Below are positions 28,801 to 39,421 of a DNA stretch of 64,000 bases, one piece after another. The first letter of the stretch is position 1. Each line of letters opens with the position of its first letter. A program made the translations under genes and the position numbers. The notes under the pieces were generated by a model. It did no database searches. It was not told the origin of the DNA and was given only the letters and a program-made list of their open reading frames with translations. Origin of the DNA: Phoronis australis (Eukaryota; Animalia; Phoronida); contig NMRA01000005.1 of the NCBI GenBank assembly GCA_002633005.1, positions 287,678-351,677 of the forward strand. The letters are read 5' to 3'.

Positions 28801-31800
28801 AAGGCGTTCACGGATGGGCGCTTATTTCAGGAAAGTCTGAAAACACGTGGGGGGGGCGCTTATAGGGGCATGGGCGGTTATTACGGCGAATACGGTACTC
28901 ATCCATGGATGCTACCCAAAAAGCCATGTTGATGATGCCATAAACTTTCTTGGAACAAACTGGTTGCTCATGGTCGATATGTATTCTAAATGCCCATGTA
29001 TACAGCCAACATGTTCACTGTCAACAAAAACAACAACGGAATTGCTTGAAAGAGAGTTTGCGCATTTTGGTTATCCTCACACGTTAGTAACTGATAATGC
29101 GGCAGCATTTCACTCTGAAGAATACCAGGTGCCGAGAACGTGGTATTGTACACTTTACAGGTGCCCCCTAACCACCCAGCTATACAAATAGAGCTGCAGA
29201 GCGTTTGGCACGGACTTTCAATCAATCTCTGCAGAAATCTTCTTTGTCGCCAAAAGCAGCGTTACAAGGGTTTTTATTGAATATCGTCGTACACCTCTAG
29301 ATTCTGGTTATTCTCCAAGTGAACTCTAAATGGAAGACAAATTCGTTGTAAGCTAGTCAGCTTACGTCCTTCACCTGCTTATGTAACGCAAGGGAAGCAA
29401 TCAAGAAATGCTGCGAAACCACAAATTGCTGAGTCCGATCAAACAGGTATGTGTCAAAAATTCATATATATACCATTGGAATGCCATGTAATGCCTTGTG
29501 CATTAGGCCTTGTCAAAGTGGGGACCCTCGCTGGGTACCTGCTGTTGTGACCCGAGTTATGGGTCCACGTTCTGTCAAAGTGAAAGTCATGCCAAGTGGT
29601 CCAATCTGGCATCGTCATATCGATCAGTTGAGATCAAGGTATTGTTCTGAAGAAGATACAGATCCTGGAGATACCACATTTTTGTCAATTGGAGAATGCG
29701 ATACAGATATTGACAGACTAGCAAGGAAAACAGAAGAGGATTCAACTACAGCAACAGAGATGCATACAAGAAAATTGGAAAAGCAGAAGCGCCCATGACC
29801 CACAACTTCCAACGGGAAATGAACATGGGCCACACAACTTGAGAAGGTCTGAGAGACTTAAAAAAAGAATTAGCTTTCGCTTGTTTTAATATCGGTGTGC
29901 CGGTGTATCTTTGGCAATTGTCACACAGAGTAGATTTTGACAAAAAGCATATCGTTGTGGTCAACTTAAGGTAATTTATAATTAATGTTCAAGATTAATG
30001 ACAAAAATGCAAAAGTTAAAACTCAAGTAATCATTGTTTAGTCTGTCTGAGGTTGAAGTAACCGTGCAAATGCTCTGGAGCATTCCACTCACCCACGGCA
30101 GATGGCTTTTCAGGCTTGAAATCAAACATGAAGCTGAAACCTAAACCCCAATGAGCTATATGTGTGTGTGTGTGTGTGTGTGTGCGCGTGCGTGCGTGCG
30201 TGTGTGTCATTGGTAAACACATTAGACACTACGGGGCCTTCGATAGTAAACTACCCCAACTAATGTGTATGCTGGAGTTCAGACCCTGAGCGGAATGGTC
30301 TTTAGTGTAACCAGTTTCAAACATTAGCCTTGGTTGATCACCATTTACTGACAGTACGTGTAATCCTACGTACCTTAATTGTAATCACTGTAGATAAGAA
30401 AAGTGCTAATTAAATATGAAGTTGTTGCAAGTGTTTGTACGGTAAGACCCGCCCAACAATTTTGGACAAAAATAATTACCCACGATTTTACATTTTGCAA
30501 AAACTCTCATGCTGCGTGACCACAATTTCTCAAAACAGATGGCAGATGCTTGTAGTACTTTTAGCTTATACTTGGTGTAACTTGAGCTTTGAAGGAGAAT
30601 TAGGGAAACCAATCCACTTGTCCACCATGCTGCTTCCTAAATTTGTGAGATTTTGCCAAGGTGTACCTCATGCTTGTAGTATGAGATGCGGTCACTTACT
30701 TAGAGACATGGTAGGTTGTTTCGGCAGACGTTTCAACCTGTCCGCCAGGTCTTTGTCGATGAATGAGGGATTTACCGCCTTTCGCTGGTTACATCATTAC
30801 ATCACGGACTACCGAGAATATGTCGAAGAGGTTGAATAAGTTGAAGAAGATTTGCGAGCCAATGTATACCAGGAATGGATGTTCACAGACCCCCCTAGTC
30901 GTAAATCCACTGACTAACTCAATGGTCCCTCCGTTGCCATCTCGATACATAAGAGGAGTGTCTGAACCCCTACAACACACTTACAGAACGCTGCATGGAA
31001 TTTCTTCTTACATGAAACTTATTAACACCCTCCGTTTTCTACTAGTCAGACCCAAAAATCCAACCCCGATGGCTAAACAATTTGGGGTCATATGCCAGCT
31101 GAAGTGTGACCAGGATCCCAACCACACCTACATTGGAGAAACCAAGAAACCGTTCCTTACCAGATTCAAAGAACCTCAGAATTAAACTAGACAGACCAAC
31201 AGCAGTACGGGGGAACACATATTGGCGACTGGGCATTCTCTCTCTTGAGTCATCCAGGATCCTAGCCAAAGAACAAAATTGGTATACTCGCAAGCTCAAA
31301 GAGTCAATAAACATCAGCAGTCAGCGCGCCCTCCCTTGAACCGGAACTGTGGACTCCAGTAACCCCGTGTGTATTCCAGCATTCTTAACCAGCGAAAGGC
31401 GGGAAATCCCTCATTCATTGACAAAGACCTGGTGGACCAGGTCGAAACATCTGCAAACAACCTACCACGTCTCTTAAGTAAGTGACCAATTGCATCTCAT
31501 ATTACAATGCCTCTAGAGACGAACCTATTCTCCAGTACCTTGTCGTAATTTTTTTCTGAGTTTTCATTTTCTGTTTTCAGGTGGAAGAGATGGCTGTTCG
31601 ACGTGGTCACCACTCTAAGGAGCAGACCAAGTAAGAATGTCACAATGAAACTTTATTGAAAAGGTGCATGGCTTGTATCGCTGATTAAGTATTATGTGAG
31701 AATGATTGTGTGTAACAGACAGACTGAGTCATGTAACAATTGATCAGGAGCTGTCAAAATGTGCTATGTTTAAGCTGCTATACATCTGCCTTCCGTTAAA

Positions 31801-34094
31801 GAAACCAAACTTTTAACTTGTTAAACCCGCGCCCCGCCATTGTAAAATCGATGAGAAGGTTGGTTTGAGCTTAGAAAGAACTTAACAGTTTGTTGTCAAT
31901 GTTGAAAACCATTCCTAGCCCGCATAAAATTACCTGCCATATGAAAGCTACCTTGTTGAGTGTGCATGTCTTGAAAAAGCTCAGAAATCACCTCTAATGT
32001 GGGTGAGGAGCATTTCGATTCCTTGATGCAGTAACATCAAAGTATGTTTTTTTTGACAACAGATGTGGTTATAGCCGGCAGTCTTAAGAGTGTCATCTGT
32101 TTTAACACATTGTAGTTTTTGTCCTGCAAATTGTTTTTAATGAAGTTACTTGTTCAACTTAGGATAATGCTAACTAGCCAAGAAACATGGTTGTTAGTCT
32201 TCCTCCAGTGGAAGCCACACGCGTGCATGCAATCTCACTATGAGTTTAGGTATTCTCATGAACACAAGTATTCCCTCATAAGGTATATTTTTGCATGCAC
32301 CAGGATTATTAGACATGTTTATTTTCCAGTGACCTTAATTCCTCTATGTCCAGGTTGTTTGTGAGGGACCAGGTCCGTAGGAAGATTATCTAATAATTAA
32401 TGCATGGAGGGGAAACGAACCAGTTTGACTTGCCAAACTTATGCCTAATTCCTGTCGCCACCACCTCTTCCTCTCCCCAGTCTCCGACTGTTGCCACATT
32501 ACAGCATTTTCCCGTTGCTCTCAACTTGTTCGATTCTATAGCCCAACAACAAGTTGACAAGTTCACCTCTGTAGCCAATATCTTAACGACTGATTAACTC
32601 CATTCTGGCATTTATGTTTGGAGGGCCGGCTCTCTTTTGTTCGATAATTGCTCTTATCTCCGATCAGATCCTATCAGCCTGACTGGGCAGTGCTGCCAAA
32701 ATGAAAGTTAAGTTATAACATATGTGAACATAAACCTATAGATAATAGCAATTCTGAATTCCTTGTTAAATGCTGATCATGTTTAGTTTTTGAATCACCA
32801 AAATTGCCAAACTACAACAGAAATTAAGACAATCTGTTCTTCCAGGTTAAAGTAACCCAGTGAGGCCTGGTAGATAATTGGCCCGCTTGTTGTCATACGG
32901 GACACGACTGTCCTGGGCAGTTAACAAAGGAGCCAGATGTTATCGCACGTTCAGAACCCCTCGCGTCTGGAAAAATTGCTGAACGATAGAATGCTGTGAT
33001 GAATTTTGTACTGACCCCCTCGCTTGCCAGACGGGGGCAAACCCCTAGAAGGCAGCCATCACAACTTGAGTAACCATTTTTCAATAAAATTTCACTGAGA
33101 ATGAGACCTAGGAGCCGGCACAGATGGTTGTGTGCCTCAAATGAACTGTCAGCTGTTAGCTGACACCTCGTGCCAAAATTAAGTTAGTTGACAAATGTTC
33201 TCTTGAATTTTCTCTTACTGTCTTCCTTTTCTTGACTGCCCCCGGCCATACGCCGGTGTCAGTTGCTTCAGTTTAACCCTCGGAGGCATGAAAAGTATTG
33301 GAGGCACATAACCTCTTTGGCTCCACACTTCCTTAGGCTCTGGAGAGAACTATACAGTGGCCATTTTCTGTCCTTCAGTCACTTGTCCATTTCAGTAGGG
33401 AAAAGTTGCACACAATACGCACATGTTCTTGACCCATAGGTGTGTCCTTGGGGTTACTGGCTTTCAACTTGTGTGTTAAATTTGTAATCTTTATTGTTTT
33501 GTTGCAGTTCAGAGTCATTGGAGAGGTGTGGAATCATCCATATTAGTGATGATGATGGTGATTCGTATAGTGCAGATGATGCCAGCTCTGATGATGTCGC
33601 CAGCACTGATGACGACGATGACAATTACCGTGGTGCACGGGCAGGAAGCCACAAAATGATGTATGGTAACTTCAGGGCTGCTCAGAAAAAGAGTCTCACG
33701 AACAGAAATGATAACCAAGTTGCAGGTGCTTCATCAGTGAACACTTCCAGAAATGCTACCAGTGATGTGGCAGCACATGTTGGCCGAAACTTAAGAAGTG
33801 CTGATGAATCGATGAAGAGCAGTAGAGCTGTGTGCGATGAGTTTCCTTGTCGTATGTTGCCGTTTGCACTGAACAGCCAGGGTGTACCAACTAACTGGTT
33901 ACACAGTTCGCCTGAAGATGCTGGTCTTTATAAAATATTTGAGCTCAAGGAGGCTGATTTTGAATACCAGGTGATAAGAAGTGAGCTGGATCTTGCACAG
34001 CTTAAAGTAACTCGAATCGAGCGAGTGCAAAATCACGTGCTTCTGGACACATATAAACACCAGATGACACACCTGAGTAATCATAGACCTCCTG
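1604..34094 (+). CDS. Partial spliced gene: duplicated PABPC-linker-like exons joined to a PARP-family catalytic-domain start (both ends not found in window)
   Basis: Exons 1604-1847, 6511-6653, 19621-19819, 22453-22595, 31581-31630 and 33508-34094 all have AG/GT boundaries. Phases chain 0>1>0>1>0>2>1 with no stop codon (1366 nt). Joining them into one mRNA is inferred. Confidence 0.6.
2695..3850. repeat. Tandem array of 350-550 bp composite units marked by palindromic GCGGAACGGTTCCGC motifs
   Basis: AAAACTTGTGAGGATCACAAAAGTATTGTTTGC recurs near 2711, 3251 and 3598. Confidence 0.8.
4525..5400 (+). mobile_element. HINE-like copy, 5'-truncated
   Basis: Aligns with 20470-21352. Confidence 0.72.
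6511..6653 (+). CDS. Exon B1, PABPC linker-like (VHGIPANQPGCPVAAMPGAPGPRPSYRYVPSVRNQPQPPMQGVPAGQQ)
   Basis: cttgcag acceptor, CAA|gtaagt donor, phase 1>0. YRY...VRN resembles the YKY...VRN/MRN motif preceding MLLE in PABPC. The ORF-track frame here is not the coding frame. Confidence 0.72.
6920..6996 (+). repeat. tRNA-derived SINE-like head (copy at 22861-22938)
   Basis: A-box-like TGTAGCCTGGTG and B-box-like GGTTTGAGTCC; no full cloverleaf. Confidence 0.45.
8370..9268. mobile_element. Non-autonomous element with a long terminal hairpin (possibly Crypton-like) containing a tRNA-like segment
   Basis: Foldback 9116-9266 centred on CCCTCGGGctaaagcCCCTCGGG; CCATGTAATAA motif near both ends; A/B boxes at 8491-8558 on the minus strand. 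Confidence 0.5.
10448..11372 (-). pseudogene. Frameshifted DIRS/Ngaro-type tyrosine recombinase
   Basis: TISTYVSAIGFIHK and DTRLPIT in the N-terminal part, FHAFLRVSE (catalytic R), then YKSHSFRIGAAT and MGRWKSDALKNYI in a second frame. Confidence 0.88.
11737..12504 (+). mobile_element. Solo LTR, 768 bp
   Basis: TGTCA...TGACA ends, 5-bp TSD GTTTT/GTGTT (empty site GTGTT near 25586), TATAAATA near 12075, AATAAA near 12398. Confidence 0.85.
14284..15450 (+). mobile_element. HINE-like copy, 3'-truncated, with a single-n join at 15027
   Basis: Same head and repeat units as 20046-21352. Confidence 0.72.
16484..18984 (+). mobile_element. Internally deleted Kolobok-like DNA transposon
   Basis: TTAA at 16480-16483 and 18985-18988; imperfect TIRs AGGCGAATGCCACCC / AGGAGCATGTCACCC; THAP fragment (+) and convergent KolX-like fragment (-). 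Confidence 0.75.
16649..16843 (+). pseudogene. Truncated THAP zinc-finger N-terminus
   Basis: MPLCC...FLLP...RKW...LRVC; stops before the final His. Confidence 0.7.
19621..19819 (+). CDS. Exon A2, diverged duplicate of A1
   Basis: cacacag acceptor, G|gtaaga donor, 199 nt, phase 0>1; differs from A1 by in-frame indels and substitutions. Confidence 0.72.
20046..21352 (+). mobile_element. Helentron-associated (HINE/DINE-like) element with internal tandem repeats
   Basis: T-rich site, subterminal IR (ATGTGCCCAC / GTGGGTGCAT), GTCC microsatellite, repeated units with CCYAGTGG cores, 3' palindrome then TTCTTGTT; an empty-site version lies near 2130. Confidence 0.75.
22453..22595 (+). CDS. Exon B2, duplicate of B1
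   Basis: Sequence and splice sites appear identical to 6511-6653. Confidence 0.72.
24706..24987 (+). mobile_element. HINE-like 5' fragment
   Basis: ATGCGCCCACATATTTATATGTGGACGCATTATGCCGTC head and GTCC repeats. Confidence 0.7.
25056..29850 (+). mobile_element. Degenerate Ty3/Gypsy (Mag/K02A2.6-like) retrotransposon internal region, 5'-truncated, no LTRs seen
   Basis: Two CCHC knuckles, protease DTGS, RT (CGDYSVTIN, KIDLGDAY, RLPFGISSAPG), RNase H (YSQIQREALAVVFALKKFHQFLFGR), integrase HHCC and core (VDMYSK, VTDNA), in Gypsy order; many stops and frameshifts. Confidence 0.92.
27460..28895. mobile_element. Non-autonomous Tc1/mariner-pogo-type element inserted in the Gypsy integrase
   Basis: Perfect 20-bp TIR CCGTATTCGCCGTAATAACC and TA duplication at 27458-59 and 28896-97. 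Related partial copies at ~7165-8010, ~23106-24000 and ~34985-35720 (reverse). Confidence 0.88.
30161..30207. repeat. (TG)n/(CGTG)n microsatellite; similar (CA)n tract at 57300-57349
   Basis: Direct reading. Confidence 0.95.
30675..31535 (+). mobile_element. 5'-truncated Penelope-like retroelement (GIY-YIG) with inverted pLTR copy
   Basis: YIRGVSE, RPK, GVIC.LKC, YIGETKKPFLTRFKE and RKLKESINI motifs; 30675-30791 is an inverted copy of 31386-31506. Confidence 0.88.
31581..31630 (+). CDS. Exon C, 50 nt (VEEMAVRRGHHSKEQT)
   Basis: Long pyrimidine tract plus ttttcag acceptor, AA|gtaaga donor; phase 0>2 bridges exon B2 to exon D exactly. Confidence 0.6.
33508..34094 (+). CDS. Exon D: Asp-rich segment followed by the N-terminal part of a PARP/ART catalytic domain
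   Basis: ttgcag acceptor (phase 2), G|gtgagt donor. VPTNW...YKIFELKEADFEYQVIRSEL...KVTRIERVQNHVLLDTY fits the P..W...L....EY..V...I.RIERVQN..L...Y pattern that opens PARP7/11/12/14-type domains. Confidence 0.75.
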
Positions 34095-34583
34095 GTGAGT
34101 GGAATTGTTAAATTTTTGGCAAAACAGTTGGAGTTTCTTTGAATACAGCTTTTCGAATAAGTTTCAGGTCATGGGAAATGAGCAGCAATTATAAATTTTT
34201 AAAAGTATCGGAAACCCTGTATTAGCATGCTATGAACATTCCCACTAAATAAAATTGGTTCTAACCCCGGTGTTTAAGGTAGACGGCGGGGTATGGAAAA
34301 TTGAACTAGACCGTATTTATCCACCTTGGCTGAGACGCGCTCGGCTCATGCTCAAAGGGATGCCGCCAAGCTGCTCTATTCATCGAGTCACGAGCGAGGA
34401 TAATTGACTTCGCTCATGCGGTTATGATCAGCTGATTACAGTCTAGCCTAACAACTGTACTTTTTATGGAGAGAATTTTACGTAGTTTTTACTGTAATAT
34501 TTGAAAAGAGGAGCGAAAACAAATACGAATACAACTTTGAATTTTTCAAATCGGCCCAGGATTAGAGATTTTGCAACACAGAA

Positions 34584-34826
34584 ACACTCACGATTACTTT
34601 CATTCGGCGCACACGAATACAAAAATACAGGACCCAAGTTAGGATTGTATAAATGTAGAACTACTCCGTGTGTTATTTAGGTTTTGGAAAAAATGCATTT
34701 TAATTACACTCACGATTACTTTCATTCGGCGCGCACGAATACAAAAATATAGGACCCAAGTTAGGATTGTATAAATGTAGAGCTACTCCGTGTGTTATTT
34801 AGGTTTTGGAAAAAATGCATTTTAAT
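34584..34826. repeat. Two-copy tandem repeat of ~122 bp
   Basis: ACACTCACGATTACTTTCATTCGGCGC starts near 34584 and 34706. Confidence 0.85.
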
Positions 34827-35910
34827 ACTCAAAATACGTTTTGTATAGCTAGTACAAGCTCTAAAACGACTTTGTGTAATTTCATTGAGATTGTTCTTTG
34901 TCATCCGTCAAACCGGAAACTTCCGAGATGTGACTCTGCGAGCGCACTCACCTTGCACGTTACAGCCGTTTAAGGAAAAACAATCTAGTAAACGCCATTT
35001 TCTTGCATAATCCTCCGCCTTTTGTAACAAAAAAGTCTATCGTCGATGACCCGCACACGCACGCTCACTCACTCTCATACGCAGACGACCTTCAAAACAA
35101 ACGTCACGTGACAACAACATGTGCGTTCATCCTGAGATTTTTCTCGTGTTGTGGAGTACGATGTAGCGCAGATTTGGACTTAATCGCAATTAATCTGGAC
35201 TCCACAGGAACTTTAAAAATTGTAAAACATCAGGAAGATTTCAGGTTCGTCACGTTACAACAACGTGTGTTCATCCAGAGATTTTTCTCGTGTTGTGGGG
35301 TACGATGTAGCGCAGATTTGGACCTAATCGCAATTAATCTGGACTCCACATGAACTTTAAAAATTGTAAAACATAAGGAGGATTTCAGGTAATTTGTTGA
35401 GTCGAAACTATATTTTTATTCAAGAATTCAAGTTTTTCTATTGACGATCGCGATTCAGCGACCTATCAGTCGGCAAGTTTTCGCCCTAGGATTTCAGAGG
35501 AATTTTTTGAAAAATGATCGTAATTTAACAACGGAGTTTGATAGCAATGCACCACAGTTTTGTAGAAAGGCTGTCATAGGCTACAAATACGTCACAGAGC
35601 ATAAATTTGATGAATCCTAGCTTCCAATTTTACCCGGCGTTTCGGAAACCGGGTTTCAACTGCCTTAGGCTACAAAAAGCGTCCCCTCCCCGTGAAATTA
35701 TTTTTTCTAAGCGTTTATTAGAGCCAATACATCTTTCCACCAAGGCTAAGTGATGCAACGACATTATTCTTTGTTGTATTAGTTAACTGGTCTTGGCTAA
35801 TTATCGTTTTATGGCCTGGTCATCCATTCAGCCAAAAGTAGTTCCATAGGTGGCTTATCAGCCAATTATTCACGCATGCTGACTCACAATAGAAGCCTGA
35901 TAAGAGTGAA

Positions 35911-36625
35911 GGTGGATAAACGCGGTGTTCCTACAGTTTCTTGCGGTAGTGGATGTGTTCACGACATGTGTGTTTGAATCCGTGCTGCTAGGCGACTATC
36001 AACTAATGCCTAAATTGCATTGATCGAAGTGCCCTGTCACATAGGTCGAGAGCCCATTGCACGGGGCTTAGAACTCATGAACCCTCTTGGTCACCAGGTT
36101 CTTCGTTACAGAGTTGCAGAATCTGTAACCACATTAATCTGCTATCGATGCTTGGCGTTAACGCAAACTTCGCCACCAGTTTACAGGAGGCAGACAGCGC
36201 CCCTTTCAGCTTGTCTGGACTTAGGATACAACAGATTTTGAATCCTTAGGTCTGGAGACATGGCTTATGTAACTCTCTGATCCTCAGTTGCAAACAAGTC
36301 TGGTCGATTTACTCAATTCCCTTGAACTCCCCAAAGCAAGAGTCCGATGGGGACCCTCCGGGACAGGATCCACAGGTGGGTGTTTCGAGCGAAAGCAGCG
36401 ATTCCTGAACAAAAGCTTGGTTCGAATAGCAAGACCAACAACTGGCCATTATCGTCTCAAACATTCCTCCGTAGTCTAAATCCTTGAGAGGATTGTTTGA
36501 GCCATAAAGGCACGCCTAGTCACATTTGGCATTTGAACCAATGCTTTCGCTTGTCTGGTCCTCTCATAGCGCGGTCGCCGGGATCGCCATGATAAACCCG
36601 CGTTCCGTCCACGAAGCGAATTTTT
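35911..36625 (+). ncRNA. Candidate ~700-nt structured non-coding RNA, family unknown
   Basis: Terminal stem 35912-35925/36598-36612, many internal helices whose G-U pairs favour the plus strand, A/B-box-like motifs near the 5' end and TTTTT at 36621-36625. Confidence 0.5.
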
Positions 36626-39284
36626 AATTCATACACTGGTTTCGACTGGTTCCTTATTGGTATAAAAAGTGAAATCTGGGCGGGCAACGAACTGGCTGTC
36701 CCCTATTTGTAGAAAATAAGACGCCATGATGGCAAGCCAACTTGAAGAGCCACGTTTTCACTGACGATCTGTCAGTCCATCGTAGGTGACCTACTAGACG
36801 GGCTAGTTGAAACACGGTTACATAAAGTTAAGTAATCTAAATCAGAAATTAAAGTCCCGTGATTCGCCTACGTTCAAGTTTATGTAATTTGTCTACCAAA
36901 TAAATCTTTTACTGAAGTCATCGATATAGTCATAGTAAAATGGCTTAAAAATAAATTACATGCGCGCAACCAGCCTAAAAATGGGGGGGGGGGTCGAATT
37001 TTTGAGAATGTGGACTTTTTACTTAGATTCACGGAGATGTTTAAAAATATGAATTGTGTATTCGCCCATTTTTGTAGTTCTTGCCTTTTTAGTGGTCTTT
37101 TTTCTCATTTTCTACTTTTTTTCGGAGTTTTTGTTTATCTGAGACAGACCTTTTTGCCCACTGGAGGCTCGTTCTAGTCTGGGTGCGCGCAAAAAGTAAG
37201 GCTAAAACTCTGTTTTTAGTTAACAATTTCTAAGAAATTGAGACAAGAAACTTAATTTAGACAGGTAAAAGTTCCGTACTTGAGAGGAATTAACTTCATG
37301 ACAATTTGATTGGTAGCTTTGGGATTTACTACATGTATGTCCGTTCTGACGGTGAGACTGAACGCCGGTTTTCAACAATAGATGGTTTTAGTTTTAGATA
37401 TTGAACATGCATTTCAATCCCATGCATTTATCACCTAAAATGTAAATAAATAAAAATCAAATTTTTAACCGATCGACGGCTTTCTTTTACTAGCTGTAGT
37501 CCACGATGACATGCGTGAGGATGGAACTCATTTCTGTAATGGCGTGTGAATATCTGGGTTCGAGACTTCGTTTGTGTCCTAGTAACCTGCTTCACTTTCG
37601 GATAGTGAGAAAAATAGACTTGCCACAGGGTACGATGATTTAAGACCACTTCCAGGTCATCACACATGCGCAGAGACTTTCCAAGCGTTTCAGGCTCACT
37701 GCTCAATAAATCCTCATTACCCTGACGGCAATTGTTCACATAGGTAGCGCACAATATGGCTGACAAGTGAAGATTAAGAAAAACTTAGTCCATTAGTTGC
37801 ATGGCCTTTGTATTGTGTAAACATAAAACATTTGGCAGTTTCCATTATTTGTAGCGAAGTAACCCCTTTGCAAAAAAGGAAAATGACATTTTGGCAGTTA
37901 ATAGTGTGCGAGATAAGTGAATAATTACCGGCTTACCGTAGGCAGCACTGAAAGGAGCCCCAGAATGTCTTCTTTACCTTTTAAAGTTAAGTCACGTTTC
38001 TAAAAATGTAAACCTCTGCTCACGTCACCTCAGTTTTGAAGGCGTTCTTGATCATTCACCAAGAACACTTTACTTGAAAGTTATTTTAAACCTTTTAGCT
38101 GATGACATTCCTCAAACCGGAAGCAACGGTCCCGAATAGGGACTAAATTAAATTCTCTGAATCTACTGCGTATTTGTGAACTTGTGAAAACAATGATTGT
38201 CCTTTCTTATGCTATCTGAGTCTCATTTTTATAAGTCAGTTTTTGGCTTTGATACAAATCGTGAGTGAACTCTATGTTGAATTCTCAATAGTATTGAAAG
38301 TAAGTAGGAATCTTTTCAAGCAACGCCCCTAATTTAATGTACTTAGTAAGTTCCTAATTATTTTGACTGAATTATGTTAGAAAATGTAATTACTCAAAGA
38401 GAAACTCATAATACATATACAATGAAAGAAAAAATAATACATCTGTGAGTAAAGAACGAAAAAAAAACACCCAAAAGATTTAAGAAACTTATAGTTTGAG
38501 TCCCTATTTGAGACAAGTTAGTCATGGAATCCCGCAGTGGAATCACTATTCATTCAAACAACTCAGGCTTGTACAACACCAATGAATTCGGAAGCGTTTT
38601 TTAAGTCGCTTAATGGTTTGAACATAGGCGGATCCAGGGAGGGTCAAGGGGGTCCGGATCCCACCTTCTTCCCTTGATTTTAGAAATATGAAATCCAGCA
38701 TCGTTGACTTGGATCCCCCGTTTAACAAAATTCTTGATCCGACCCCCCTTTTAAAAAATGTGGATCCTCCACAACTAGTTGGATGTTTTTTTTTTGTTAA
38801 TGGAACTTCGTTGAAAACATGACTAAACTTTTTGTTTGAAAGCTTGATACAGAGTCGCTCGTAGTGTCGAAACAATCTCCTTTCTTCAAGTGTGCAGCTT
38901 CATGTACTAGCAAAACACCGAGACTGGGACATCAAAAACAATTAAATAAAAACACAAGCTACATTTCGAGACATTGTGTCTCATTATCAGGCAATAAGTG
39001 GAATGAACATATACGTAGCGAAATAAACAAGTGAAATACACGTGACAGTGGGAAGAGGGGCATACAAACAGAGAGTGTGATTGCAACACACGGTGGGAAG
39101 CCCGCAACCCTATCGAACAGCGTGCGGTACACACGTGTGAGCCGCTCATTCATCACAGGTTTTTCGTGACTTATCAACAGCGATTCCTAAATCTTTAAAC
39201 GAAATGTGTCATTTTCAAAACGGAGAATGATGGTATTTTCTACTATGCCTAGTTAACTTTCGGCCACATTGGTTTACAAAATGC

Positions 39285-39421
39285 AGGGGCGGATCCAGGA
39301 TTTTGAGTTGGGGGGTGGGGGCAGGGCAGACATTCGCATCCCCGAGCTACCAAATGGAATCTGGGAGAATTTTAGGGAGGGGCATGGCCCCCTTGTCCCC
39401 TCCCCCCTAAATCCGTCCCTG
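39285..39421. mobile_element. Short MITE with CAGGGGCGGAT-type ends; related copies at 41369-41727, 38626-38770 and 63565-63730
   Basis: CAGGGGCGGATCCAGG ... TAAATCCGTCCCTG inverted ends. Confidence 0.7.

Noticed and set aside
36003-36013. CTAATGCCTAA as a telomerase template (would give TTAGGCA repeats)
   Set aside because: Most animals of this kind use TTAGGG and I see no H/ACA or CR4/5 elements; worth revisiting only if the species' telomere repeat is TTAGGCA.
35951-36076. 7SK (GGATGTG) or RNase MRP (ACGGGGCTTA) identity for the structured segment
   Set aside because: No paired GATC motifs for 7SK, no properly spaced P4 partner for MRP, and the length does not fit.
36655-36830. TATA and GC box followed by ATG 36726 as a new gene start
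   Set aside because: ORF is only 12 codons and no downstream exons were found.
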